Source: an uncultured Verrucomicrobiae bacterium
GTDB lineage: Bacteria; Verrucomicrobiota; Verrucomicrobiia; Chthoniobacterales; Chthoniobacteraceae
Direction: 5' to 3'
Length of the DNA stretch: 64,000 nt
Assembly (NCBI GenBank): GCA_963769025.1
Contig: CAVYKI010000010.1
Span: 384,001-448,000 of the forward strand
The notes under the pieces were generated by a model, which was given only the letters and a program-made list of their open reading frames with translations, was not told where the DNA came from and searched no databases. Shown one piece after another: positions 1 to 10,665 of the stretch (the first letter of the stretch is position 1; each line of letters opens with the position of its first letter). The translations under genes were made by a program, and so were the position numbers.

Positions 1-522
1 TTCTGCTCGCCCTTCGTCATCGTGATGCTCACGTGGTACGGCAAGCGCACGCTCGGGCTCACGTCCGGCCAGGTCGGCTGGCTCATGGCGCTCGCCGGCG
101 TGGGCGCGCTCACCGCATCGGTCTCGCTCATCATGCTGCCCCATTCACGGCGCGATCTCTTCGTGCGCTTCGGCGCGCTGCTCAGCGTGCTCTCGATGCT
201 CCTCCTCGCCGTCGCGCCCGGCTTCGCGCCCGCCGCCGCCGGCATCCTCCTGCTCACCCTCGGCCTCAATTTCCTCTACGGCATCGCCAACCAGATCGTG
301 CAGGAACGCGCGCCCGACGCGTTGAGGGGCCGCGTCTCCGCCGTCGCGGCGTTCAGCTTCGTCGCTGTCATCCCATTCTCCGGCCTCATGACCAGCGGCC
401 TCGACCGCCTCTTCGGGATGCGCGCCACGCTCGTGATATGCGCCTGCGGCTACCTCGTCGCCTCCGCCGCCCTCCTCTTCCGAAAATCACCCGCCGACCC
501 GAATCCCGCCGCCACAGCCTAA
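1..522 (+). CDS. MFS transporter, C-terminal part (5' end outside window)
   Basis: Several hydrophobic helices and an MFS-type loop motif 'QERAPDALRGRV'. Confidence 0.8.
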   Translation, partial: FCSPFVIVMLTWYGKRTLGLTSGQVGWLMALAGVGALTASVSLIMLPHSRRDLFVRFGALLSVLSMLLLAVAPGFAPAAAGILLLTLGLNFLYGIANQIVQERAPDALRGRVSAVAAFSFVAVIPFSGLMTSGLDRLFGMRATLVICACGYLVASAALLFRKSPADPNPAATA

Positions 523-561
523 AGTCGCACGACGCATAGCGTACGCGTTTCTGCAGGAGAA

Positions 562-632
562 TTGGCCGACTAGGATTCGAACCTAGACTAGGGGAGTCAA
601 AGTCCCCTGTGCTACCTTTACACCATCGGCCA
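562..632 (-). tRNA. tRNA-Gln (anticodon TTG), CCA not encoded
   Basis: Reverse complement folds as a cloverleaf: acceptor TGGCCGA/TCGGCCA, anticodon arm GGGGA-CTTTGAC-TCCCC, T-loop GGTTCGAATCC. Confidence 0.95.
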
Positions 633-706
633 GTGTGCGCGTGGGCGCGAAAAATTGAGGGCGGGAAACTACCGGGCGCGACGGATGGCGCAAATGCAAA
701 CTGCGC

Positions 707-1156
707 TTACGGCGTCCGCCGCTTCAGCGTGATGCGCTTGATGCGGGCGTCGTCCTGCGGGCTCCATGTCATCACATCGGGGTCGTCCTTGAAGGCGTTG
801 TGGATGACGCGGCGCTGGTAGCTGTTCATCGGCTCGAGCTGGTAGGGGCGGCCGCTGGTGCGCACGACGTCGGCGATCTGGCGGATGCGCTGGACGAGCG
901 TGTCGTCCTGCATTTCGCGCCAGTGCTCGATGTCCACGACCACGCGCGGTGAGTCCTTGTCCTGCGATTGGAGCATGCGGTTCAGGAGGAACTGGATGTC
1001 CTCGAGCAGTTCGCCGCGGCGGCCGAGGAGCCGTTCGCGCTCGGGCGAATAGACCTGCAAGGTGAGCCCCTTGTCGTTGGGGAATTCCTTGATCTCGAAT
1101 GAGAAATCCAGGTGGCCGAGCATCGTGTCGAGCAACTCCTTGGGGTTCGCATTCAT
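707..1156 (-). CDS. jag: Jag/EloR (KhpB)-like KH + R3H RNA-binding protein
   Basis: KH-like 'LLGRRGELL', R3H 'PMNSYQRRVIH'; directly downstream of yidC. Confidence 0.85.
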   Translation of the reverse strand: MNANPKELLDTMLGHLDFSFEIKEFPNDKGLTLQVYSPERERLLGRRGELLEDIQFLLNRMLQSQDKDSPRVVVDIEHWREMQDDTLVQRIRQIADVVRTSGRPYQLEPMNSYQRRVIHNAFKDDPDVMTWSPQDDARIKRITLKRRTP

Positions 1157-1185
1157 GGCTACGGTCGTTTTGGGGTCGAGAGGGT

Positions 1186-3006
1186 TTACGCGGAGGTCGG
1201 CACGAGCTGCGCGGCGGCCTGGCGCTTATTAATCTGCAACTGCACGATCGAAATCAAGTTTTGGATCGTCCAGTAGAGCGCGAGCGCGGATGCGAAGTTG
1301 TAGCACATGAAGATGAAGATCAGCGGCATGAACATGAACAGGCGCCGCTGGGCCGCATCGCCGCTCTGGGGCGAGAGCTTCATTTGCCAAAGCATCGTGA
1401 GGGCCATGAGGAGCGGGAGCGGATTGAGCGGAAAGCCCGCGATGTGCGCGATGGTGTCGGGCTGCGAGAGATCCTTCACCCACCAGAAGCCGTGATGGCG
1501 GAGTTCGACCGCCTTTCCGAGCATGTTGTAAAAGCCGATGAAGATCGGGATCTGGATGAAGATGGGCCAGCAGCCGCTGAGCGGATTCACGCCGGCCTTC
1601 TTCCACATCTTGCCCATCTCCTGCTGGAATTTCGCCGGCTCTTCCTTGTACTTCTCCTGGAGCCGCTTCATCTCCGGCTGGAGGGCGGACATCTTCTTCA
1701 TGTTCTTGTTCGCCTTGTTTTGCAGCGGCCAGAGCAGGCCCTTCACGCAGATGGTGAGCAGGATGATGGCGATTGCGTAGTTGCCGGTCCACGCGTAGAG
1801 GCCGTTCATCGAGTTCAGCAGCAGCCGGCTGAAAGGTCCGGTCGGCAGGCCGAGGAAGCTGCCGTAGTCGAGCACGTCCTTCTCCTTGTCGTTGAGCAGG
1901 CGCAGGCGGCGGTATTCACGCGGCCCGGCGTAGATGCGCAGGTGCTTCGTGGCGGAGTCGCCGGGGTTCAGCGCAAAGCCCGGCATCGCGAGCGCGCCGT
2001 CCACCTTTTGGATCGGCTGCTTGGAATTATCCAGCGTGTGCCCGGCTTGCCGCCACGTGTCGGGCGAAATGTCCGCGCGCTTCGCCCACACGGCGATGCC
2101 GAGATTCTTCAGCATGTCCTGCGCGTTCCCATCGCCGTATCCGAGGATGGTCACCATCGTGGTGAAGTACTGGTTCGTCACCGCGGCCCAGCGGATGAGA
2201 TCGCTGTTCTGCCGGAAGACCGGCCGCTCCGGGTGGCTCCATGCGAGGATGCCGCCGGCGGAAAACCAGTCCACGCTCTGGAAATTGTTCGTCCCGTCGC
2301 GCCACCAGTCGAAGCCCTGGTACTGCCGCGTCTCGGCGATGTTCACCGGCGCGGCGCTGCCCGCGTGCACGAAGAGCGGCGGCACCATCATCGCCTGCTC
2401 GCCGACATTCGTGTACGTCACGTCGAGTCCCACGACGTATTCCGCGCTCAGGCTCCTGTCGCGCGGGAGCACGAACGTCTTCTTCATCCTGATGCGCCGC
2501 GCCTCGTCGGTCCGCTCGAAGGTGACCATGCGTTCGGTGTCGTTCACGGTCATCTTCCACGGGAGCTTCTGCAGCGCCTCATTGTCCGGATCCTCCGTCA
2601 TCGCGCCGATCGGGATGGCACCGAATTCGTTGATGATCACCTGCGTGCCCGTCGTCTTGTCCTTGTAGTGTTCCTGCAGCGTCCCGCGGATGATTCCCCC
2701 GCCCTGCGTGGTGAATTCATACGACACCGTCCCCGGAACGCTCGAGACCACCTTGCGCTCCTCCGGATCCGAGGCGGGCGCCGGCACGGGCGTCGCGACT
2801 GCTGCCGGTACGGTCTGCGTGGCCGTCGCCGTCGCCGACGCGACGGAAGCCGGCGCGGGCTCGTTCAGCCTTTTCAACGCGTCCGCCCTCTTTGCCTCCT
2901 CGTAGGCCTTCCGGTTTTTCTCCGCGCGTGGGGCGTAGTAGCCGAAATGCCACCCGAGCATGAGCCCGGCGGTGATGAGGAGGGTGATAAGTGTTTTTCG
3001 GTCCAT
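1186..3006 (-). CDS. yidC: Membrane protein insertase YidC
   Basis: 'YAGPRE', 'GVNPLSGCWPIFIQIPIF', 'DLSQPD', 'LALYW' motifs; conserved gene order. Confidence 0.97.
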   Translation of the reverse strand: MDRKTLITLLITAGLMLGWHFGYYAPRAEKNRKAYEEAKRADALKRLNEPAPASVASATATATQTVPAAVATPVPAPASDPEERKVVSSVPGTVSYEFTTQGGGIIRGTLQEHYKDKTTGTQVIINEFGAIPIGAMTEDPDNEALQKLPWKMTVNDTERMVTFERTDEARRIRMKKTFVLPRDRSLSAEYVVGLDVTYTNVGEQAMMVPPLFVHAGSAAPVNIAETRQYQGFDWWRDGTNNFQSVDWFSAGGILAWSHPERPVFRQNSDLIRWAAVTNQYFTTMVTILGYGDGNAQDMLKNLGIAVWAKRADISPDTWRQAGHTLDNSKQPIQKVDGALAMPGFALNPGDSATKHLRIYAGPREYRRLRLLNDKEKDVLDYGSFLGLPTGPFSRLLLNSMNGLYAWTGNYAIAIILLTICVKGLLWPLQNKANKNMKKMSALQPEMKRLQEKYKEEPAKFQQEMGKMWKKAGVNPLSGCWPIFIQIPIFIGFYNMLGKAVELRHHGFWWVKDLSQPDTIAHIAGFPLNPLPLLMALTMLWQMKLSPQSGDAAQRRLFMFMPLIFIFMCYNFASALALYWTIQNLISIVQLQINKRQAAAQLVPTSA

Positions 3007-3009
3007 AGG

Positions 3010-3279
3010 TCAGCTTGAAATTTTCGGCGATTCGTTCGTGGCGGTCTGCACCGGGGGGACAGGGTCAAAGCCCGGTGCGCACCACGGATTGCAGCGGCAG
3101 ATGCGCACCGCGCCGAGGCGCGCACCGCGGAAAAAACCATGCTTCTCCACCGCCTCGGCAAAATACTCCGAGCAGCTCGGCTCAAAGCGGCAGCCCGCGC
3201 CAGGCCCCGCGATCCAGTGCAGCATCGGCGACACCGTCAGCTTGTAGAGCCGCAGGAGCAGGCGGATGAATGTCTTCAT
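3010..3279 (-). CDS. yidD: Membrane protein insertion efficiency factor YidD
   Basis: 'CRFEPSCSEY...RICRCNPW...GFDPVP'; start taken at MKTFIRLL. Confidence 0.95.
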   Translation of the reverse strand: MKTFIRLLLRLYKLTVSPMLHWIAGPGAGCRFEPSCSEYFAEAVEKHGFFRGARLGAVRICRCNPWCAPGFDPVPPVQTATNESPKISS

Positions 3280-3680
3280 GGCGCGATTTCGCGCAGGATC
3301 GCGCCGCGCCGCGCCAATTGCGAACATTCCTCGGTCAGCGCCGCGAAGGTCGCCTTGGCCGCGGGCGATTTCGCCACCACGACCAGCCACAGCCCGGGGA
3401 TCAGCCGTGGCCGCATCGCACGGAAAACCTCGCGCAGCCTGCGCCGCACACGGTTGCGGACCACCGCACCGCCGACGCGTTTGCTCGTCACGATGCCCAC
3501 GCGCCCATCCGCCTCGCCGCAGCCCTTCAGCACGCCGAGCACGAGCATCTTGCCGTGCACCGGCTTGCCCTCCGTCCGCACCCGCGCAAATTCCGCCGAC
3601 TCCTTGAGCCGGGCTGCCTTCGGGAATCTCAGGCGCGGCTTCCGCCCGCCCGGTCCCCCGGTCGTGGCGTCATCGGGCAC
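3276..3680 (-). CDS. rnpA: Ribonuclease P protein component
   Basis: 'RVGIVTSKRVGGAVVRNRVRRRLRE' RNR motif; GTG start inferred. Confidence 0.93.
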   Translation of the reverse strand: MPDDATTGGPGGRKPRLRFPKAARLKESAEFARVRTEGKPVHGKMLVLGVLKGCGEADGRVGIVTSKRVGGAVVRNRVRRRLREVFRAMRPRLIPGLWLVVVAKSPAAKATFAALTEECSQLARRGAILREIAP

Positions 3681-3691
3681 TGGATGGAAAA

Positions 3692-3865
3692 TCAGGCTTC
3701 GGTGTGACGCGCGAAATGCACCTCGACGCCCTTCGGCATGAGACGCTTGCGGCCACGCTGCCGGCGACGGGCGAGAATGGCGCGGCCATTCTTCGTGGTC
3801 ATCCGTTTGCGGAAGCCGAATTGCTGTTTGCGAGTGCGCTTGGATGCCTGATAGGTGCGTTTCAT
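3692..3865 (-). CDS. rpmH: 50S ribosomal protein L34 (57 aa, not in the ORF track)
   Basis: Manual translation [42 protein letters not shown]...; upstream of rnpA. Confidence 0.97.
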   Translation of the reverse strand: MKRTYQASKRTRKQQFGFRKRMTTKNGRAILARRRQRGRKRLMPKGVEVHFARHTEA

Positions 3866-3955
3866 GGTTGGAAAGTGTTGTCAAAAAGAGCGCGCAGCTT
3901 AGCGGGCAACCCTCCCCTGTCAACCCATCGGAGCGAATTCCCGAAAATACCGCAC

Positions 3956-4711
3956 CTACTCGACGCCGACGGTTTCCTTCGCCCCGGCGACGGCGTATTC
4001 GCGGTTGAGCTTCGCGATGACGGTCGCGGGGATTTCCGCGGGGCAGACGGCTTCGCACTCGTAGTAGTTCGAGCAGTTGCCGAAGCCTTCCTTGTCCATC
4101 TGCGCGACCATCGCGAGCACGCGGCGCTTCCGCTCGGGCTGGCCTTGCGGCAGCTCGGCGAGGTGCGTGACTTTTGCGCCGACGAAAAGCATCGCGCTGC
4201 CGTTCGGGCACGCGCCGACGCATGCGCCGCAGCCGATGCACGCGGCGGCCTCCATGGCGAGGTCGGCGTTCTGTTTCGGCACGAGGATCGTGTTGCCATC
4301 CGGCGCGCTGCCGGCGCGCGCGGTGATGAAGCCGCCGGCCTGCTGGATGCGGTCGAATGATGCGCGGTCCACGCAGAGGTCGCGGATGACCGGAAACGGC
4401 TTCGCGCGGAACGGCTCGATGTAAATCGTGTCCCCGTCCTTGAACTTCCGCATGTAGAGCTGGCAGGTCGTCGTCTCGCTCGGGCCGTGCGGGATGCCGT
4501 CGATGGTCAGCGAGCAGGTGCCGCAGATGCCTTCGCGGCAGTCGTGGTCGAATGCGATCGGCTCGTCGCCCTTGCGCGTGAGTTCGTCGTTCACGATGTC
4601 GAGCATCTCGAGGAATGAGGCCTCGGGCGGAATGCCGTTCGCGGCGATGTCCACGAGCCGGCCTTCGCTCTTGCTGTTCTTCTGGCGCCAGACTTTGAGT
4701 TTCAGGTTCAT
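3956..4711 (-). CDS. sdhB: Succinate dehydrogenase/fumarate reductase Fe-S subunit
   Basis: '[10 protein letters not shown]', '[12 protein letters not shown]', '[12 protein letters not shown]'; start at MNLKLKVW. Confidence 0.95.
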   Translation of the reverse strand: MNLKLKVWRQKNSKSEGRLVDIAANGIPPEASFLEMLDIVNDELTRKGDEPIAFDHDCREGICGTCSLTIDGIPHGPSETTTCQLYMRKFKDGDTIYIEPFRAKPFPVIRDLCVDRASFDRIQQAGGFITARAGSAPDGNTILVPKQNADLAMEAAACIGCGACVGACPNGSAMLFVGAKVTHLAELPQGQPERKRRVLAMVAQMDKEGFGNCSNYYECEAVCPAEIPATVIAKLNREYAVAGAKETVGVE

Positions 4712-4730
4712 TGCGCGGTCTAGGTAAAAA

Positions 4731-6746
<2,016 letters not shown>

Positions 6747-6747
6747 A

Positions 6748-7455
6748 TTATTTGCCCCCCTTTCCGGCGATGTGGGCCTTGTCGTAAAAGCCCGCCATCA
6801 CCGCCACCGGGATGCTCACGTAGCCCGCGCAGATGACCCACGCGAAAACCTGCGCGCAAAGCCCGAGACAACACGCCAGCCGTTTCGTCCGCAGCCCGAG
6901 CGTCTGGAAAAGGCTCGCCGCGCCGTGGCTCAGGTGCATCGCGAGCAGCACCATCGCGACGATGTAGAAAATCGAGATCCCGATGTTGCTGAACCCCGCG
7001 ACAATCATCCGGTACACGTCGTGATCCTCGCCGTCCTTCCAGTTCGCGTACGCCGGGTTGACGGTGTGCGTGGTGAAATGCAGCAGGTGAAACACGATGT
7101 AGCCCAGCAGGAGGATGCCGCTCAGGGCCATGAGCCGCGTCGCGATCTTCGCCTGCACGTTCGCCTTGAACTCATACCCCTTCCCCTTCGCCGCCCGGTT
7201 TTCCTTCACAAGCAGGATGGTCGTCACGATGTGCAGCAGCACCGCCGCCAGCAGCCCGATCCGCACGATCCACAGCCCGCCGAAAGGCAGATGCCGCAGC
7301 TTCGTCCCGTATTCATTGATGACCTGCGGGCCGGCGAAGAACTGGAGGTTCCCGATGAGATGCCCGACGACGAAGAGCACCAGCACCACGCCGGTCAGGG
7401 CGACCATGAACTTTTTCCCAATCGAGGAACGAAACAACGAGCAGCAGCTATTCAC
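6748..7455 (-). CDS. sdhC: Succinate dehydrogenase cytochrome b subunit
   Basis: 'SSIGKKFMVALTG', 'HLIGNL', 'HLSHG..S.FQTLG'; five TM segments. Confidence 0.93.
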   Translation of the reverse strand: MNSCCSLFRSSIGKKFMVALTGVVLVLFVVGHLIGNLQFFAGPQVINEYGTKLRHLPFGGLWIVRIGLLAAVLLHIVTTILLVKENRAAKGKGYEFKANVQAKIATRLMALSGILLLGYIVFHLLHFTTHTVNPAYANWKDGEDHDVYRMIVAGFSNIGISIFYIVAMVLLAMHLSHGAASLFQTLGLRTKRLACCLGLCAQVFAWVICAGYVSIPVAVMAGFYDKAHIAGKGGK

Positions 7456-7687
7456 GTGTGGTTTTCAAAATGGAGATTCTTCCAACAACTGCTGACAGAC
7501 GCGCCGAAAACCGGAGGGGTCCGCGCTGTCATCCGCCTGCGTTGGCGGCAAGCGGCGCGGCATTGATATGCGGAAACGCCCGCCCATGGCAACTGGCACG
7601 AATGCCAAATTTTCAAAACAAGTCTCCCGTCGGATGGTAGGCGGTAGGACGGTTTAACTGTCTGACCGCCTGACGGTCCGGCCGCCA

Positions 7688-8278
7688 CTACCGCCGCAGC
7701 GCCGCGATCAGCTCGTCGAGCTTGTTGGCCACCGCCTGCACCTCCGCCTGCGTCGGCGGGTCGCTCACCGTCATGCCGAGCAAGGCCACGCCATTCGAGC
7801 CGTTCGAAGTCTGCGCCAGCACGCCATTGATGGCATTCCCCAGGTCCGCATTCGTCACCTCGCCCGGCACGCCTTGGATGCCCTGCTCGCCCGGCATCCC
7901 GCGCGGGATGCCAAAGCTGAAGTGCACACTGCTCCCGTCGAAGCTCACCGACACCGTCGCATTCTCGCCCGGATTCAGCGTCCCCACGCTGTCGATCACC
8001 GCATTGGCAAATGGCGGCCCCTGCGCGCCCTGCTCCCCGGTCGCCCCCGGCTGCCCGTCATTGCCCCGCGGGATGGCAAAGCCCAGATGCAGCACCGTCC
8101 CGGCGACGGACACCGACACCGTCGCATTTTCCCCCGGCCCGACCGTGCCCACCTCGTCCACCACCGCCGAGGTGATGGCCGGCAGCGCGTCGATGAGCTC
8201 CTTCAGCCCGTTGAACTGATCGCGGACGACTTGGGATTGCAGCGGGGAACCGGCGGCGGGAAGGGATGGGTCGAACAT
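7688..8278 (-). CDS. Hypothetical protein with collagen-like Gly-X-Y segments and a duplicated small beta module (fibre-like)
   Basis: Start MFDPSLP; two copies of 'GENATVSVS...F.IPRG', each followed by Gly-X-Y runs; GC3-rich frame. Confidence 0.7.
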   Translation of the reverse strand: MFDPSLPAAGSPLQSQVVRDQFNGLKELIDALPAITSAVVDEVGTVGPGENATVSVSVAGTVLHLGFAIPRGNDGQPGATGEQGAQGPPFANAVIDSVGTLNPGENATVSVSFDGSSVHFSFGIPRGMPGEQGIQGVPGEVTNADLGNAINGVLAQTSNGSNGVALLGMTVSDPPTQAEVQAVANKLDELIAALRR

Positions 8279-8353
8279 GGGATGGTGTGGGGTCGGGATT
8301 GCGGAATGTGAAGAGGGAAAAGGAGGAAGTGTGGCGGGAGGGGCGGAGCCCTG

Positions 8354-8477
8354 GGACTGCGGCGGCTTGCCGCCGCTTTGGGTCGGCGAGCCTTGGCGAG
8401 CGCGGCGGGGCAACCGGAGCACCACCCCCTTCTCGGCAAGCCTCGAATCCAAAAGCGGCGGCAAGCCGCCGCAGTCC
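8354..8477. repeat. Inverted pair of 26-bp palindromic REP-like elements (REPIN-like)
   Basis: GGACTGCGGCGGCTTGCCGCCGCTTT (8354-8379) and its exact reverse complement (8452-8477). Confidence 0.85.
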
Positions 8478-8539
8478 AGGGGCACCCATCCGAGGCCGGT
8501 GATCCGCAGCATCGAGGCTCCCGCGCCGCGCGTCCGAGG

Positions 8540-8780
8540 TGGCTCGCCGAACCCTGCGGGCACCCGCTCGCCACCCCCGAAGCTGCGAAGCGGCACCCCA
8601 CGAGCTCCCGCTCGCCACCCCGGACGGTCCCGATGACCGCCCCAAAGGCTCCGACGAACCACCCCGAAGGCTCCGACGAGCCACCCCAAGGGCTCCGATC
8701 GACCACCCCGCAGGTTCCGATCGACCACCCCGCAGGCTCCGATCGACCACCCCGCGGGCTCCGATCGACCACCCCAAGGG
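8540..8780. repeat. Tandem array of about 22-bp units (core GGCTCCGATCGACCACCCC), about 6 conserved plus 4-5 degenerate copies
   Basis: Read directly at 8645-8776; weaker copies ending in CCACCCC/CCGCCCC at 8540-8644. Confidence 0.85.
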
Positions 8781-8915
8781 GTCCCCCTTCGAGCCATTCA
8801 AGATGCTCACTGGCATTGGTTTCTGAAGGACGGAGCCTTTCACGCTCCAAAAACCCCGGTTTCCCCATCCGCCCGGTCGGGATTTCGCGTCGAAAGAAGC
8901 GGTCCGCGCCGGGAT

Positions 8916-9515
8916 TTACGGCGTCGGCGGCGTCGGCGGCTCCTCTTCCGGGTCGCCGGCCACGCCGGGGAAGCGCTGTTTCAATTCGTCATACACGGTG
9001 TCCGCGCCGGCCACGTCGCGGCGCGCGGCCTGCCGCACGGTCTGGTAAAAGGATAGATCCGCCAGCCAGATCTCGCTGCCCACCAGCAGCAGCGAGTCGT
9101 CGAGCTGTTCGCAGAGCTTCTTCACTTCGCGGAAGATGTCGGCCAGCACCACGCGCAGGGCGCGGTCCTTGGTCACCTCGGCCGGGTCCACGAAGGGCGG
9201 CACGAGGTTCGGCGCGCTGGCCATGTAGCTCGCGCACTGTTCATCGAAGAGGAGCGACGCCGCGCCCAGCTTCGGGAGCTGGATGCGCTCGTCCTTGGTC
9301 AGGTTGATGAGGAACGGCAGCAGCGCCTTGATCTCGGTGAGCTTGGTCAGGATGGCGGTCCTGTTCGCCGCCGTCACTTCGGTGGAAATGCGATTGTCAT
9401 TAGGCATGGGTGGGTGGGGTTGTGGGTTGTCGGGCGCCATGCCATCCCACGTGAGCCCCGGCGCGTCCCATGTCAGGGCGGCGTCCGGGGAATCCCATGT
9501 GAGCGGCTGTGGCAC
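8916..9515 (-). CDS. Hypothetical helical protein; alternative start at MPNDNRIS (9407); upstream in-frame extension with three LTWD motifs
   Basis: Strong GC3 bias and protein-like composition; no recognised domain. Confidence 0.7.
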   Translation of the reverse strand: MPQPLTWDSPDAALTWDAPGLTWDGMAPDNPQPHPPMPNDNRISTEVTAANRTAILTKLTEIKALLPFLINLTKDERIQLPKLGAASLLFDEQCASYMASAPNLVPPFVDPAEVTKDRALRVVLADIFREVKKLCEQLDDSLLLVGSEIWLADLSFYQTVRQAARRDVAGADTVYDELKQRFPGVAGDPEEEPPTPPTP

Positions 9516-9773
9516 GGGCGGACATTAGCCGCCCACATTTCCGCGCCTCCAAGGAACAAGTGTTCTTCGCGGGAGGCACCGCGGCTGCTGGCGGGCGGAT
9601 GTTGAGAGTTGAGCGTTGGGAGAAAGCGGCGAGACCATGGCCCTTCGTAGCCGCCGACGGCAGGAGGCGGGCACTTTGAAGACCGGAGAGCGGAACGACG
9701 TTCTTCGGCTGAATCTTCCTTTCCGGGTTCCGATTTCCGCTCTCAGGATCAGCCCGTCTCCTTCCGTCGTCGG

Positions 9774-10049
9774 CTACGGGGACGCTCCACACCGGTCCCT
9801 CCGCTCCGCCCGCGCATAGATCCGCGACGGCACCGTCTCCAGCGCGTGCGCCACGCGCGGGAGGGATTCGTTGTTGATGATCCGCCGCCCCATCTCCCAA
9901 TGCTCCACGGCCTTCGGGTCCACGCCCGCCCGCGCCGCCAGTTCCTCCCGGTCCATGCGCTTCTCCTCCCGCATCTCCGCGATCACCGGCCCCAATTGCC
10001 TGCCCAGCGGCTCCGGCACGCTGGGATTCAATGCCCGTCTCTTCTCCAT
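9774..10049 (-). CDS. XRE-family helix-turn-helix regulator
   Basis: 'IAEMREEKRMDREELAARAGVDPKAVEHWEMGRR' HTH_3 pattern. Confidence 0.8.
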   Translation of the reverse strand: MEKRRALNPSVPEPLGRQLGPVIAEMREEKRMDREELAARAGVDPKAVEHWEMGRRIINNESLPRVAHALETVPSRIYARAERRDRCGASP

Positions 10050-10353
10050 GGCTCCGCCTCCCTCCCGTTCCGCCCGTCACATCACGCCGCCCTCGCGGCG
10101 CAATTTTCCAATCCGCCCCCCGGCATCCCTCATCCCGCGTTTGAATCGGTTCATCGCATCCGGGTCCGGCACGGAACAAGGGAAGGAAGGGCCGGACTCA
10201 TCATTGCGTTCACGGGCGGTCATTTCATTTGCCATGGCAGCATCCCACGCTGGGTGACGCGAGTCTTTTCAAGCAAAATCAGGAGGACGACCGCCGGCGA
10301 AAGACACTATTCAGCCCGTCCCTTGTTCCCTCTCCGCGCATCCCGCCATCCGC

Positions 10354-10384
10354 CCAAAGCGGCAGGGGACTGCCGCACTCCAAA
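10354..10384. repeat. REP-like palindromic element
   Basis: CCAAAGCGGCAGGGGACTGCCGCACTCCAAA; its reverse complement matches 60253-60283 at 30/31 nt. Confidence 0.8.
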
Positions 10385-10665
10385 ATGCCCGCCCCGCCTC
10401 AGCCGCCGCTTCTCGTGGTCATCGGGTGCTCTGAGTCGGGCCTGCCGCATCGGCGGAAGCGCCTTTGAAACACGGTCGCAAGCACGATAATTAGTCTGTC
10501 CCTTTTCCCGCTCCACCACGCGATTTCCTCGCAACCCGTCACCTTCTCCATCACCCCGTCCCGCTGCGCCTGAGAAGCGCCGCGGATCCACGGCCGGAGG
10601 CTGTGGGACGTCGAACTGACAGGGCACGCTTATCGGCTGTGCCAGCACGGACGGCGTGCCGCGAC

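Noticed and set aside
562..632. tRNA-Gln as an integration site
   Set aside because: No integrase and no duplicated tRNA 3' end were found in the window.
8540..8780. CRISPR array
   Set aside because: Units are contiguous with no unique spacers, and no cas genes are in the window.
7688..8797. 369-aa ORF spanning the tandem array and REP pair
   Set aside because: The 5' half is translated repeat sequence; coding-like composition begins at Met 8278.
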